From positions 3,856 through 67,855 of the forward strand of contig CAXXIA010000003.1 of NCBI GenBank assembly GCA_963666985.2: a stretch of 64,000 nt of DNA, written 5' to 3'. Both the position numbers and the translations under genes were made by a program. The notes below the pieces were generated by a model. That model saw only the letters and a list, made by a program, of their open reading frames with translations. It had not been told where the DNA came from and made no database searches. Positions 45,665 to 55,628 of this stretch are shown piece by piece. Position 1 is the first letter of the stretch. Every line of letters begins with the position of its first letter. The stretch comes from Spirochaetia bacterium. GTDB lineage: Bacteria > Spirochaetota > Spirochaetia > DSM-2461.

Positions 45665-46707
45665 GCCATCGCCTCCTTCACCACCAGCTTATGGCGCTGC
45701 CGGGCAAGGAAGGCTTCCGCCGCCACCAATATGATAATGACTCCCTGAATAATCGCCACGAATTCGTTGGGAACGTCCGTCTGCCGGGACATGATGTCCG
45801 CTCCTATGCTCAGATACGCCAGAAAGAAAGCCGCCACGGGAACATAAAGAGGATTGTTCCTTGCCAGAATGGCGACAATCACGCCGGTCCATCCGTATCC
45901 GGGAAGCGACTGCCAGGTAAAACGGCGATAGAGCCCGAGAACCTCCACGGCGCCGCCCATGCCGGCGATGAATCCTCCGACCAGCTGGGAAAGAAGAATC
46001 GTATTCGCCGTATTGATTCCTGAGTATTCGGCGAAGGCGATATTTTTCCCGATTACACGGATTCTGTATCCCCAGCGCGTCCTGAATATGAAAACCGCCG
46101 AGAGGAAAATCATCAGAATCGCTATAAAAATGCCGAAATGAACCTTGGTTTTGGGAATCAGTTTAATCAGCTTGGCGGTTTCGCCGAAGGGATAGGAAAC
46201 CATGGCGCCCGCGTTGACATCCCGCAGGAAATAATTGATGAGATAGAGACCGAAGAAAAAAGCGATGTAATTGAACATCAAAGAGGAAACCAATTCCGAA
46301 GCTCCCCATTTGATTTTCAATAAACCGGGAATACCGCAGAAAACGGCGCCGATGGCCCCTCCCCAGAGTATGGCGATAAATGGATGAATCACCGGCGGAA
46401 GATTCCAGTTCACGGCCAAAAAGGAGGCGCCGATGGCGCCGAAGAAAAAACCGCCTTCGGCACCCAGATTAAACTGAGCCGCGGAAAACATGATGCTGAC
46501 CGAGAGACCGCAGAAAATCAGCGGTATCATCAACTCCAGCACGTTCCCGATATGCCGCAGGCTGTCCAGAGGTCCCAAAAGAAAGCTCTTCAGCGCCTCG
46601 CCCGGCATATCGGAATTGAAAAAAATAATCACCATGGCCAAAGCCAAAGCAATGACGATGGCTATGACGATTCTGCCGAGTTCAAACAATTTAAGCGATT
46701 TAAACAT
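45661..46707 (-). CDS. BMP-type (nucleoside) ABC transporter permease
   Basis: Polytopic. ATG at 46707 lies 6 nt after GGAGGG and overlaps the ATPase stop; the ORF-track start at 46734 is also possible. Confidence 0.82.
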   Translation of the reverse strand: MFKSLKLFELGRIVIAIVIALALAMVIIFFNSDMPGEALKSFLLGPLDSLRHIGNVLELMIPLIFCGLSVSIMFSAAQFNLGAEGGFFFGAIGASFLAVNWNLPPVIHPFIAILWGGAIGAVFCGIPGLLKIKWGASELVSSLMFNYIAFFFGLYLINYFLRDVNAGAMVSYPFGETAKLIKLIPKTKVHFGIFIAILMIFLSAVFIFRTRWGYRIRVIGKNIAFAEYSGINTANTILLSQLVGGFIAGMGGAVEVLGLYRRFTWQSLPGYGWTGVIVAILARNNPLYVPVAAFFLAYLSIGADIMSRQTDVPNEFVAIIQGVIIILVAAEAFLARQRHKLVVKEAMA

Positions 46708-48265
46708 GGAGAGCCCTCCGGATTTCTTCGGCATCCTGTTTCTTCAGCCCAAGCATATACAGCCCAAGCTCTTCTTCCGATATGGATGAGGCATCTTCGA
46801 TATAAGCGGTAATTTTTCCGCCGTACATCACGATAAGCGCATCCGACAATTCCATGACTTCATTCAAGTCGGCGGAGACCAAAAGGACGGCACAGCCCTC
46901 GTCTCTCAGTGTGACCAAACGCTTGCGAATAAATTCGGTGGCACCGACGTCGATACCCCGTGTGGGCTGATCCGCGACGATAAGATGGGGTTCCGAAGAG
47001 AACTCCCGGGCGACAACGACCTTCTGGATATTGCCGCCTGAGAGCCTGCCGACTTCCTGCTGAGCGGAAGAACAAAGAACCCGATATTCTTGAACCAAGT
47101 CGTCGGACATTTTGTGGATGGCATTCATATCCATGAGAAATCCGCTGCGTGTGAACTCCTGATGATCGTGCTTATAGGCAAGAAGATTGGCCTCAATGGA
47201 CATATCCCGAACACAGCCTTGAGTCATTCGGTCTTCGGGAACATGGGATGTGCCCAAATCCCGAATCTGCTTGATGGAGAGCTTCTTGATATCGGTATCG
47301 GTAATGGAGATATCCCCCGAAGCGTATCGGCCCATGCCGGTAATGGCCTCCACCAATTCCCGCTGACCGTTTCCCTCCACTCCGGCGACTCCGAGGATTT
47401 CACCGGAACGCACGGAAAAACCGATATCGTCGACGGCGCGTTTGCTGAAGCGGTTCACCACCGTGAGATTTTTAACTTCCAGAACCGTTTCTTTGGGATT
47501 CGCCGGTCCTTTTTTCACTTTCAGAACAACATCCCGTCCGACCATAAGCCGGGAAATGTCCTGCTCGGTTACATCCGCGACATCGAACACGCCTTGATTG
47601 GATCCGGAACGCATAATGGTAACCCGATCGCAGAGGTTTTTTATTTCATTAAGCTTATGGGAAATGAAAATAATCGTATTGCCTTGATTTTTAAGGAGCT
47701 TGAGTTCCTCGAAAAGTTCATCCGTTTCCTGAGGAGTCAGAACCGCGGTGGGCTCATCCAGAATCAAGATACGGGCGCCCCTGTGCAGAGCTTTGAGAAT
47801 CTCCACTTTCTGTTTGATGCCTACCGGTAAATCACGGACGGCCATGGAGGGATCGACTTTCAGATTGTATTTTTCCGAAAGCTCTTGCGTGATTTTTATC
47901 GCTTCGGAAACATTCAACCGGATTCCTTTTCTCGGCTCCACGCCCATCACCAAGTTCTCGGCAACGGATAATGAAGGAACTAGCATGAAATGTTGATGAA
48001 CCATACCTATGCCGTAGGCAATGGCGGCATGAGGATTGGAGATATTGATTTCCCGACCTTCGAGAAGAATGCGCCCTTCTTCAGGGTGATTCAAACCGAA
48101 GAGAATCTGCATCAGGGTTGTTTTTCCGGCACCGTTTTCTCCAACCAAACCATGAATTTCTCCCGCGGATATTGAAAAGTCCACGCTTTTATTGGCCATG
48201 ATTCCGTTGGGATAAACTTTGGTGATGTTCTCCATTCTCAGAAGTTCACCGTTTGTATCAGGCAT
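46700..48265 (-). CDS. ABC transporter ATP-binding protein with duplicated ABC domains (nucleoside/BMP type)
   Basis: GENGAGKTT Walker A, ILILDEPT Walker B, LSGGNIQKV signature in the second half. Confidence 0.88.
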   Translation of the reverse strand: MPDTNGELLRMENITKVYPNGIMANKSVDFSISAGEIHGLVGENGAGKTTLMQILFGLNHPEEGRILLEGREINISNPHAAIAYGIGMVHQHFMLVPSLSVAENLVMGVEPRKGIRLNVSEAIKITQELSEKYNLKVDPSMAVRDLPVGIKQKVEILKALHRGARILILDEPTAVLTPQETDELFEELKLLKNQGNTIIFISHKLNEIKNLCDRVTIMRSGSNQGVFDVADVTEQDISRLMVGRDVVLKVKKGPANPKETVLEVKNLTVVNRFSKRAVDDIGFSVRSGEILGVAGVEGNGQRELVEAITGMGRYASGDISITDTDIKKLSIKQIRDLGTSHVPEDRMTQGCVRDMSIEANLLAYKHDHQEFTRSGFLMDMNAIHKMSDDLVQEYRVLCSSAQQEVGRLSGGNIQKVVVAREFSSEPHLIVADQPTRGIDVGATEFIRKRLVTLRDEGCAVLLVSADLNEVMELSDALIVMYGGKITAYIEDASSISEEELGLYMLGLKKQDAEEIRRALHV

Positions 48266-48315
48266 TACTCTTACTCCAGAGACCGCCGAACCGTCCGAGA
48301 AACAATACGGCGGCT

Positions 48316-48351
48316 AAAATTTGCAGAAAGCCCCGATCGCGGGATCGGGGC
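48316..48351 (-). terminator. intra-operon hairpin plus U-rich tract after the SBP gene (partial terminator/attenuator candidate)
   Basis: On the minus strand: GCCCCGATC-CCGC-GATCGGGGC followed by TTTCTGCAAATTTT, 25 nt after the SBP stop. Confidence 0.5.
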
Positions 48352-48375
48352 CGTTCTGTCTCAAGAATTTCGGAA

Positions 48376-49482
48376 CTACGGTTTGACCGAATTCCTCATA
48401 CTGTTCAGCTTGTCGGAATCCATTCCCAGGGCGGTACTGACTTTGATTTCACCGCTCTGAATCTTCGCTTCCAAATCCGACACCAGCGTTCGAATGTCCT
48501 CGGGCACAAGATCCCTGTAAACCTCATTGTCTGCCAATCCGACGGCTTCTTCCGCGAAACCGAGAGTTTCGGCCTTGCCGTAAGGACAGGTTCCGGCCAT
48601 ATGCATATCAATGGCCCGAAGAAGCGACATATCAACCCTCTTCAGAACGCTGGTTGTAATCAGCTTCGCCTTGGCCGGATCGGTTTCCATGAAAATCAGG
48701 GCCTGATCGGAATCGACGCCGATGGCATATTTATTCACATCTTTTGCGGCGTCCAGCAATCCCAGTCCCGCCTGACTGGCGACATTGTAGCCGATGTCGG
48801 CGCCGATATTGTACTGAGCCAGGGCCATTTCCTTACCCTTGGCGGAATCGGAAAAGGAACCGACGTAGGATATGGCGACCTTAACGGCGGGATCCACATA
48901 TTGAACGCCTTCAATGAAGCCGACCAAGAAGTCGTTAATAACGGGAATATCCATACCGCCCAGGAATCCCACGACTTTATCGCTGTTGGCCAGCGGCATA
49001 TCCGAATTGGTTATGGAAGCGGCCATGGCGCCGGCGACAAACGAAGCTTCGTTCTGCTTGTACATAATGGAATAGACATTCTCAAGTCCCAAGGAATAAT
49101 CCACGGAAGTATCGAAGATAATGAACCGCTTATCGGGATATTCCGCGGCGACTTCCTGAAGCATTTCCGTCATTTGCCAGGTTCCGACAACAATAATGTC
49201 CCAATCGTCTTCAACGGTATCCAAGAGCGTGGGCTCCCACTTGGTTTCGTCGTAACCCATTTCAATGGTTTTTGTAACCGCACCGTATTTCTCATGAATC
49301 ATCTTCATTCCGTTGTCGGCGGAATCAAAAAAAGATTTGTCACCCATGGTTCCGTTCGCCAGATAGATCACTTTAAGAACATCATCCTTGGTTGTCTCCG
49401 CAGTCTTTTCTTTGCTGCAGCCGACGAAGAGAAGGGCTCCTCCCAAAACAAGAGCCGCCAAGATAACAACGAGCCTTTTCAT
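48376..49482 (-). CDS. BMP-family (TmpC/PnrA-like) nucleoside-binding lipoprotein
   Basis: Lipobox LLFVGCSK, BMP-family body (GTMGDKSFFDSA...GFLGGMDIPVINDF...GVDSDQ). AAAGGAGAAAG RBS. Confidence 0.88.
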   Translation of the reverse strand: MKRLVVILAALVLGGALLFVGCSKEKTAETTKDDVLKVIYLANGTMGDKSFFDSADNGMKMIHEKYGAVTKTIEMGYDETKWEPTLLDTVEDDWDIIVVGTWQMTEMLQEVAAEYPDKRFIIFDTSVDYSLGLENVYSIMYKQNEASFVAGAMAASITNSDMPLANSDKVVGFLGGMDIPVINDFLVGFIEGVQYVDPAVKVAISYVGSFSDSAKGKEMALAQYNIGADIGYNVASQAGLGLLDAAKDVNKYAIGVDSDQALIFMETDPAKAKLITTSVLKRVDMSLLRAIDMHMAGTCPYGKAETLGFAEEAVGLADNEVYRDLVPEDIRTLVSDLEAKIQSGEIKVSTALGMDSDKLNSMRNSVKP

Positions 49483-49601
49483 TAGCTTTCTCCTTTTTCG
49501 GATCGGTCAATCTTACCCAATCCGTATTATTCAATTATGCTTTCTCAAGTCCCTTTCAGGAACAGCTTTTCTTCGAAATAAAAAGATTTTGTCTTTTAAA
49601 T

Positions 49602-51065
49602 TCACGAATATGAAACCATTTTTTTGGCCAAATCCGCGGTCCAGCGAGAGAGTTCACTGATTTTCATATGCTCCAAACCCGGTACATAAGTCTCCAAATC
49701 ATCACCGATGGGATCGCTCCACGTTGCCGGCACAGGGAACATAATGCCCAAAGCACTCCCGACTTCACCGGCATTGCAATCCACATCAACGCCGCAGTCG
49801 GCCAATATCCGAAACGCCCGAGTCAGATCGTTTCCGCAATACCAAAGAGAAAGAACCACGGCGACCATGTTCGGATATGCATGAATCCAATTATATGTTT
49901 TTAAATCCTCGTATAAAGAATCCCATGCCGCAATATGATCCTCATCCGCTCCCTTGTCGAAACTCCGAGCGGCCGCGATGGTCTTATCCATCAATTCGGC
50001 GAATTCCGTTCCGTCGGGCACATAACGCCGGGACTCAAGGAGGAGCTTCCGGGAATCATCAAAAAGAAAGGCCAGTGAACTGAGGACCGCCGAATGAATC
50101 CCGGCGTAAACTCCGTTGGTATTATGAGAAACCGTTGAATCCATCCACGCGTATTTCGCCGCCCGCATCGGATCTCCCGGTGCGAGGAAACCGCAGACCA
50201 TGGTCCTCATTTGAGCGCCGATCCATTCGGAAAAGGGATTCCCCATTCGGCCGGATTCGGGAGGATACCAGCCGCGGCGTAAATTCTCCAATGCGAAATA
50301 TTCCGCCGACCATCCCATCGGAATGTATTGCAGCCACATGTCCGCGATATCGTCCGCCGTTATATCCCGCGATTTATCCGCGGCACGCTGTGCCGCTTTC
50401 AGTACCATCAGTTCAAAAGTGATGTCGTCATTAAGCGTTTCGGGCGGCTTGATATAGCCGTTCAGCTTCTCACCGTACGTTTCCCGAAGAGTCTTCCCCG
50501 TATAGCCTTCCAAAGCGGTTCCGTAAGAACCTCCGGAAATCTGTCCCAGCCATGCCCGGTGTATCCGATCTTCCAAATCGGGAACATCGGAGGGAGAAAA
50601 AGGTGCCGCGGACGCGGCTCCTTCATCATTCGCCGCGGGCATGAGGGAACGGGCCTCCTCCCATGTATCGGGACGAACGGTTTTATGCGTCGGATGATTC
50701 TTATCGGGCACAGCCGAATTGAGGGCCTTTAAAATACGGCCCGAAAGCATATCCAACTCGGCATCGTTCCCACGTTCACAGGCCGCAAGACCATCATCAA
50801 GCAGAGCTTCGGCTTCGGAAACATCGTATCCCTGGTTGTATCGGGCCTGAATCATGGCGGTATACAAGCTTTCCGGAGCCCGCGATCCGGGAACCCGGCT
50901 GTCCCAGAATAATTTTAAATGAACCCGCCAACCGGCCAGAAGAACGTCGGCGCCGCCCCAATCCGAAGGATCTTCCTCGAAATTTACGGGCCTCGCCGTT
51001 TCAATTTTTTCCAATTCCCTTTCCCAGGCTTTCATAACAATCATTACCTCGCATTGATTTTGCAC
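49602..51065 (-). CDS. ADP-ribosylglycohydrolase-family protein (long form); start uncertain (GTG 51065 or ATG 51035)
   Basis: N-terminal GQISGGSYGTALEG and C-terminal DCGVDVDCNAGEVGSALG resemble the two metal-binding signatures of the family. First gene of the nucleoside operon. Confidence 0.7.
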   Translation of the reverse strand: MQNQCEVMIVMKAWERELEKIETARPVNFEEDPSDWGGADVLLAGWRVHLKLFWDSRVPGSRAPESLYTAMIQARYNQGYDVSEAEALLDDGLAACERGNDAELDMLSGRILKALNSAVPDKNHPTHKTVRPDTWEEARSLMPAANDEGAASAAPFSPSDVPDLEDRIHRAWLGQISGGSYGTALEGYTGKTLRETYGEKLNGYIKPPETLNDDITFELMVLKAAQRAADKSRDITADDIADMWLQYIPMGWSAEYFALENLRRGWYPPESGRMGNPFSEWIGAQMRTMVCGFLAPGDPMRAAKYAWMDSTVSHNTNGVYAGIHSAVLSSLAFLFDDSRKLLLESRRYVPDGTEFAELMDKTIAAARSFDKGADEDHIAAWDSLYEDLKTYNWIHAYPNMVAVVLSLWYCGNDLTRAFRILADCGVDVDCNAGEVGSALGIMFPVPATWSDPIGDDLETYVPGLEHMKISELSRWTADLAKKMVSYS

Positions 51066-51179
51066 ACTTTCGCTGAGTACAGATACCGTTACCCCGAAAA
51101 GAATAGAGCCTAATCCATTAATCGCTCCAATCTTCAGAGTATATTCCCAATAAATACGGCCCTTAACAACACCGAAGGT

Positions 51180-52334
51180 TTATATTTTTCGACGCCACTC
51201 CTTCGGCGACATACCGGTCACTTTCTTGAAGACTTTTGAAAAATAATAGGAGTTTTCATATCCCAGCATTTCGGCCACTTCCCGGACTTTAATGCGTCGC
51301 TGCCGCATCAGCTCCATCGCTTTGTCGATCTTTGCCGAAGTCATGTAGCTGGAAAGCCCTTGTCCCGTCCGCTTTTTGAATACCGTTGAGAGATAGTTGG
51401 GACTCATTTCAAAATGTTCGGCGATATCGGAAATCGTCAGACGCTCCATCATATGTCCGCAGACATAAACCTTAACGGCATCGGTGAGTTTCCGGTGCGG
51501 CTTATCGGAACTCGGGTCCGCGAACACCACCGGACAATCACCGGTGGCTTGCTTCAGGGCCAGAAGGGCATCATCGTGAGACTCGCCGATTCGTGCCGGC
51601 TGTTCCGCGCTTCTGCCGATACCGGCCAAAAGCGGTGTATTGAAATAAGTAGCCACGGCCGAGACGGCGTTCCGGGCCGCTTTGCCCGCATCTCCCGAAT
51701 CGGCGCAGACGATTGCGGCAAACAGCGGGCCGTCCAGCTTCACCAACCTGGAGGACATGCTGCGTCCGAGAATCTCTCCCGCCATATCCATCGCATAGCG
51801 CAAATCGTCAACTTCGGAGCGGAAACAGATAACGCTCCAGGGACCTTCGGGCAGACCGGCTTCAACCGCCGTTTCTCCGTCACCTTTTCCGGCGAGAAGC
51901 GGAAGCAGTAATCGATTCCCTTCTTCGGATACGGGCTGCCGATGGAGCTGCTCGTGTTGCTTAACTTTGGCCAGGGAGCGTTTCACGCAGGCAGAAAGAG
52001 TTTCCTCGGAGATTTCAATCTTTATTAAATAATCGTCGGCCCCCAGCCGCAAGGCCTTCTGCACCAGCGTAAAATCATCATAGCTTGTCAGAACGATGAA
52101 CTGTCCGTCCCAGCCGGTATTCCGGCAGGCTTCCAGCAATTCCAAGCCGTCCATCACGGGCATCTTAATATCGCAAAATACCAAATCGGGTCTCAAACGG
52201 CCGATTATTTCCAGCGCCTGCCTGCCGTTGCGGGCCATACCGACAATTTCCACACCCAGAGAATGCCAATCGAGCATCGACTTCAGGCCGACCTGAATCA
52301 AAGGATCATCATCGACGATAATCATCTTATACAT
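51180..52334 (-). CDS. YesN-type response regulator (REC plus AraC-type HTH)
   Basis: MYKMIIVDDDP...DLVFCDIKMPVMDG and a C-terminal AraC HTH (ISDIAEHFEMSPNYLSTVFKK...GYENSYYFSKVFKK). ATG at 52334 is 6 nt after GGAGGA and overlaps the kinase stop. Confidence 0.88.
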   Translation of the reverse strand: MYKMIIVDDDPLIQVGLKSMLDWHSLGVEIVGMARNGRQALEIIGRLRPDLVFCDIKMPVMDGLELLEACRNTGWDGQFIVLTSYDDFTLVQKALRLGADDYLIKIEISEETLSACVKRSLAKVKQHEQLHRQPVSEEGNRLLLPLLAGKGDGETAVEAGLPEGPWSVICFRSEVDDLRYAMDMAGEILGRSMSSRLVKLDGPLFAAIVCADSGDAGKAARNAVSAVATYFNTPLLAGIGRSAEQPARIGESHDDALLALKQATGDCPVVFADPSSDKPHRKLTDAVKVYVCGHMMERLTISDIAEHFEMSPNYLSTVFKKRTGQGLSSYMTSAKIDKAMELMRQRRIKVREVAEMLGYENSYYFSKVFKKVTGMSPKEWRRKI

Positions 52335-54102
52335 CGGTATCCTCCGAAATAAGCCGGTAAGGCAGTAAGAGGGTAACTGTTGTGCCCTCACCTATTGTGC
52401 TATTTACCTTCAAGCCGTAGTTCGAACCGAACGTAAGCTTAATCCGCTCGTCCACGTTGCTTAAACCGATGCGGTTGAATCGGCCGGATTTCTCCCGGGT
52501 TACAAGGGTCTCTCTCACTTGCTCATCCGTCATGCCCACACCGTCGTCATGCACCTGTAAGGAAAGACCATCTCCGAGACGCCGAATGGAAACGGTGACT
52601 GTACCACCGCTTTCTTTAGGAGCAAGACCGTGCAGAAAAGCGTTTTCAACGAGCGGCTGCAGGCTGAACTTGATAATTCGACAATCAAGAACGCATTCGT
52701 CGGGAATATCAAAACCCACTTCATAGAGGCTCCCCCGAATGGTTCGTTCCAAATCGATGAAGTACTCCAGCAACTCCAGTTCACGTCTGACGCTGATAAT
52801 TTCATCAGTGCCTTTGGCAATCTCCTTCAGCAAAAAAGCCAGGGAACTGACGGTCCGGGAGATGCCTTTGGCTTTCTGCATGTCGGCCATCCATTTAACG
52901 GAATTAAGCGTGTTATAAAGAAAATGCGGATTAATCTGCGACTGCAGCATATTCAGTTCAAGAATTTTACGCTGCTTCTCATCTTTAATCCGCTGGTCGA
53001 TCAGACGGTGTACCTGCCGCGCCATACGATTAATGTCCACTCCGATCCGTCCGATTTCATCGTCCGATTCAATCTCTCGATTAACGGCGAAATTGCCGCC
53101 GGCAATGGAATCCAACTGCAGAATAATCTTGTGAATCGGAGTATTCACCATACGGTTCATAAAGACGATAATCACTCCGGTCAGCAGCAGGATGCCACCA
53201 ACCACGATAAGAAGCAGCATCAGATAATCGGCGCTGCCCAGATAATCCGTCCGCGCCGGAATAACCTCGGCCAAAAGCCAGTCAAGCTCTTGCGATCGAT
53301 AGGATATAAGGACTTCGGAATCACCAAACATCCTCCAGTGGTCCTCATCACTCATCGCCTCCAACAACGGGATAAGAGAGGCACTCTCGTGGGCCGCCAC
53401 CAAACGATCACCTTCCAGAAGCCAAAGCTCACCGCCGAGGAGAACGTAGAAACGCCCCTGTATTAATTTCTTTACCCTCAGAAAACTGTCGATAATCGCA
53501 TGAGCATTAATCGTGATATACGTCCAGCCCTGAGGTGCACCGGGTGCCGCCGGATCGATGCGGCGAATAATCGGCATCGTCTGCACCTCATCGGCATACG
53601 GATATTGTATGGTATGAAGCAAATCGGGGATTTCGCTGTTGCGGGAAAGTTTTTCGGCGAAAAACGGAAGCCCTCGAACAACATCCAAATCACCGGGCAA
53701 ACCGGAGATAACTCCCTGCTCAAGATAAGAGCCGTTTTCACTGGAAATAATGAGCTTATCGATATAACGCCCTCCGACGCTGCTGGAGATGCGGTCGTTC
53801 AAAACACGCCAAGCCTCAACCCGCAGCCTTCTGATGGTCGCTTCGTCGGTTTCGGCGACGAACATAACGATACGGCTGGTAGCGGTGGTCCAGTTGGCCA
53901 ATTCCATGATATCGCCGACGACGTTTTCCATTTGCTCCGAGGCAAGCTGCAGGTTCCATCGCGAGGCCTGCACCGTGGTTCGCAGCGATTGGCGGTTGAA
54001 AATTCCCAGTATGATACCTGTGACGGCGATGAGTACGATGACGGTACAGAGCACACACGCCAGCAGCATGCGGTATTTCAATGAAAGCGTTCGGTGCTTC
54101 AT
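52327..54102 (-). CDS. YesM-type sensor histidine kinase (two TM, HAMP, His_kinase, HATPase)
   Basis: LQSQINPHFLYNTLNSV H-box, LVENAFLHG, DDGVGM, GLSNVDERI. ATG at 54102 (MKHRTLSLKY) preferred to the ORF-track start at 54144. Confidence 0.88.
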   Translation of the reverse strand: MKHRTLSLKYRMLLACVLCTVIVLIAVTGIILGIFNRQSLRTTVQASRWNLQLASEQMENVVGDIMELANWTTATSRIVMFVAETDEATIRRLRVEAWRVLNDRISSSVGGRYIDKLIISSENGSYLEQGVISGLPGDLDVVRGLPFFAEKLSRNSEIPDLLHTIQYPYADEVQTMPIIRRIDPAAPGAPQGWTYITINAHAIIDSFLRVKKLIQGRFYVLLGGELWLLEGDRLVAAHESASLIPLLEAMSDEDHWRMFGDSEVLISYRSQELDWLLAEVIPARTDYLGSADYLMLLLIVVGGILLLTGVIIVFMNRMVNTPIHKIILQLDSIAGGNFAVNREIESDDEIGRIGVDINRMARQVHRLIDQRIKDEKQRKILELNMLQSQINPHFLYNTLNSVKWMADMQKAKGISRTVSSLAFLLKEIAKGTDEIISVRRELELLEYFIDLERTIRGSLYEVGFDIPDECVLDCRIIKFSLQPLVENAFLHGLAPKESGGTVTVSIRRLGDGLSLQVHDDGVGMTDEQVRETLVTREKSGRFNRIGLSNVDERIKLTFGSNYGLKVNSTIGEGTTVTLLLPYRLISEDTDV

Positions 54103-54321
54103 AGGCGTTTCGGTATCCCAAGTATCGTAACTCGAAACTCCCATAAGTCAAGAAAGATGGATTGGAGAAAATTACAGAGAATTGTAAAAAAGTACCTATG
54201 TTCCTCATCTCTTTCGGTGAAATTGGCAGGCAATCGGAGAGATTGCCCCGTTTTATGCTGAAAATAACGGACGTACAATTTTTAAAGATAAGTCTTATCA
54301 GAACCAAAGGAGGTCTGAAAT

Positions 54322-55597
54322 ATGAAAAAAATGTTAACGGTGTTCCTCGCCCTTCTTATGATCACTCCGATGACTTTATTCGCCGGAGGCCTCGAAAGAG
54401 GCTGCTCCCGAATCCGGAGTGGTAACCCTGAAATTAGCCGTCTGGGATGAGGCAACCACTGTTTACCCGAAGCCCATGGTCGATGCCTTTTATGGCGCAG
54501 AATTCAGACATTAAAGTTGAATTCGTCGATACGGCGGCCAATGATTATCCGGATCGGTGGGCGGTTCTGCTGGCCGGCGGCGATACAACCGATCTGATCA
54601 GCATCAAGGACATGCCGGGATACGCCGGAATGGCCACCCGCAACCAGATTCTCAACCTGACGCCCTACATCAAGCAGGATAATTACGATTTGGGTCAGTA
54701 CAGCGGGCTGACCAATGAATTCACCGTAGACGGCAATCTCTACTGCCTTCCCTTCCGAAGCGACATCTGGATTCTTTATTACAACAAGGAATCTGTTCGA
54801 TGCGGCCGGAGTTCCTTACCTCCGCCAACGATATGACTTGGCAGCAGTATTTTGATCTGGCCAAGAAAATGACCAGCGGAAGCGGAGCCTCCAAAGTCTA
54901 CGGCGCCCACCACCATACCTGGAGATCAACAACTCAATTGGCAACCGTACAGGACGGGAAACATACCGTCATCGCCGATGATTATTCCTTCATGAAGTGG
55001 ATGTATGAATTGATGATTAAAGCCCAAAACGAAGGCACCATCATGGATTGGGCTTCACAGAAGGCCGGGAATCTCCACTACCGATCATTATTCTATAACC
55101 AACAGTTCGCGATGATGCCCATGGGTACCTGGCAGATCGCCACCCAGATGTCGGCCAAGGAAAAAGGCGAGGCTCCTTTCGAATGGGGCATCGCAAAGTT
55201 CCCTCATCCCCCGGGAGTTAAAGCCGGAACAACCGCGGGTAACTTTACCGGCGTCGCCATCAACTCCAAGAGCGCGAATCCGGATGAGGCCTGGGAATTC
55301 CTGAAGTTCTACTGCGGCCCCGAAGGCGCCGATATCCTGGTAGGACTGGGACAAATGCCCGCCGGACGCACACCGGAAGTTCTGGCTAAAATCGCCGCTA
55401 AAGAGGGCTTTCCCGAAGGCGGTGCCGAAGCGCTTCAGACCGTTACCGTTCGTCTTGAGGCTCCCTATCATCCTCAGCTCTCCGCTATCGAGCAAATCCT
55501 GAACGAAGAACACGAACTGATTCTCACAGGCGGTAAGAGCATCAATGCCGGTTTGGCCGATACGGGCAAACGGGTTAGAGCCTTACTCGGCAAATAA
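54322..55597 (+). pseudogene. CUT1-family ABC sugar-binding protein, interrupted by four +1 frameshifts
   Basis: The signal peptide MKKMLTVFLALLMITPMTLFAGG (frame 1, AAAGGAGG RBS) continues as ASKEAAPESGVVTLKLAVWDEATTVYPKPMVDAF (frame 2), MAQNSDIKVEFVD...ILYYNKE (frame 0), LFDAAGVP (frame 1) and TSANDMTWQQYFDL... to the stop at 55597 (frame 2). Confidence 0.85.
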
Positions 55598-55628
55598 CGG
55601 TTGAACAGAAAAAAGAATTAACCTTTAC

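Noticed and set aside
48253-49485. 410-aa ORF on the plus strand
   Set aside because: Antisense to the BMP lipoprotein gene. No motifs, and the composition is typical of a shadow ORF.
54162-54425. 87-aa ORF upstream of and overlapping the SBP start
   Set aside because: It is out of frame with the clear signal peptide that has a strong RBS at 54306-54313, and shows no motif.
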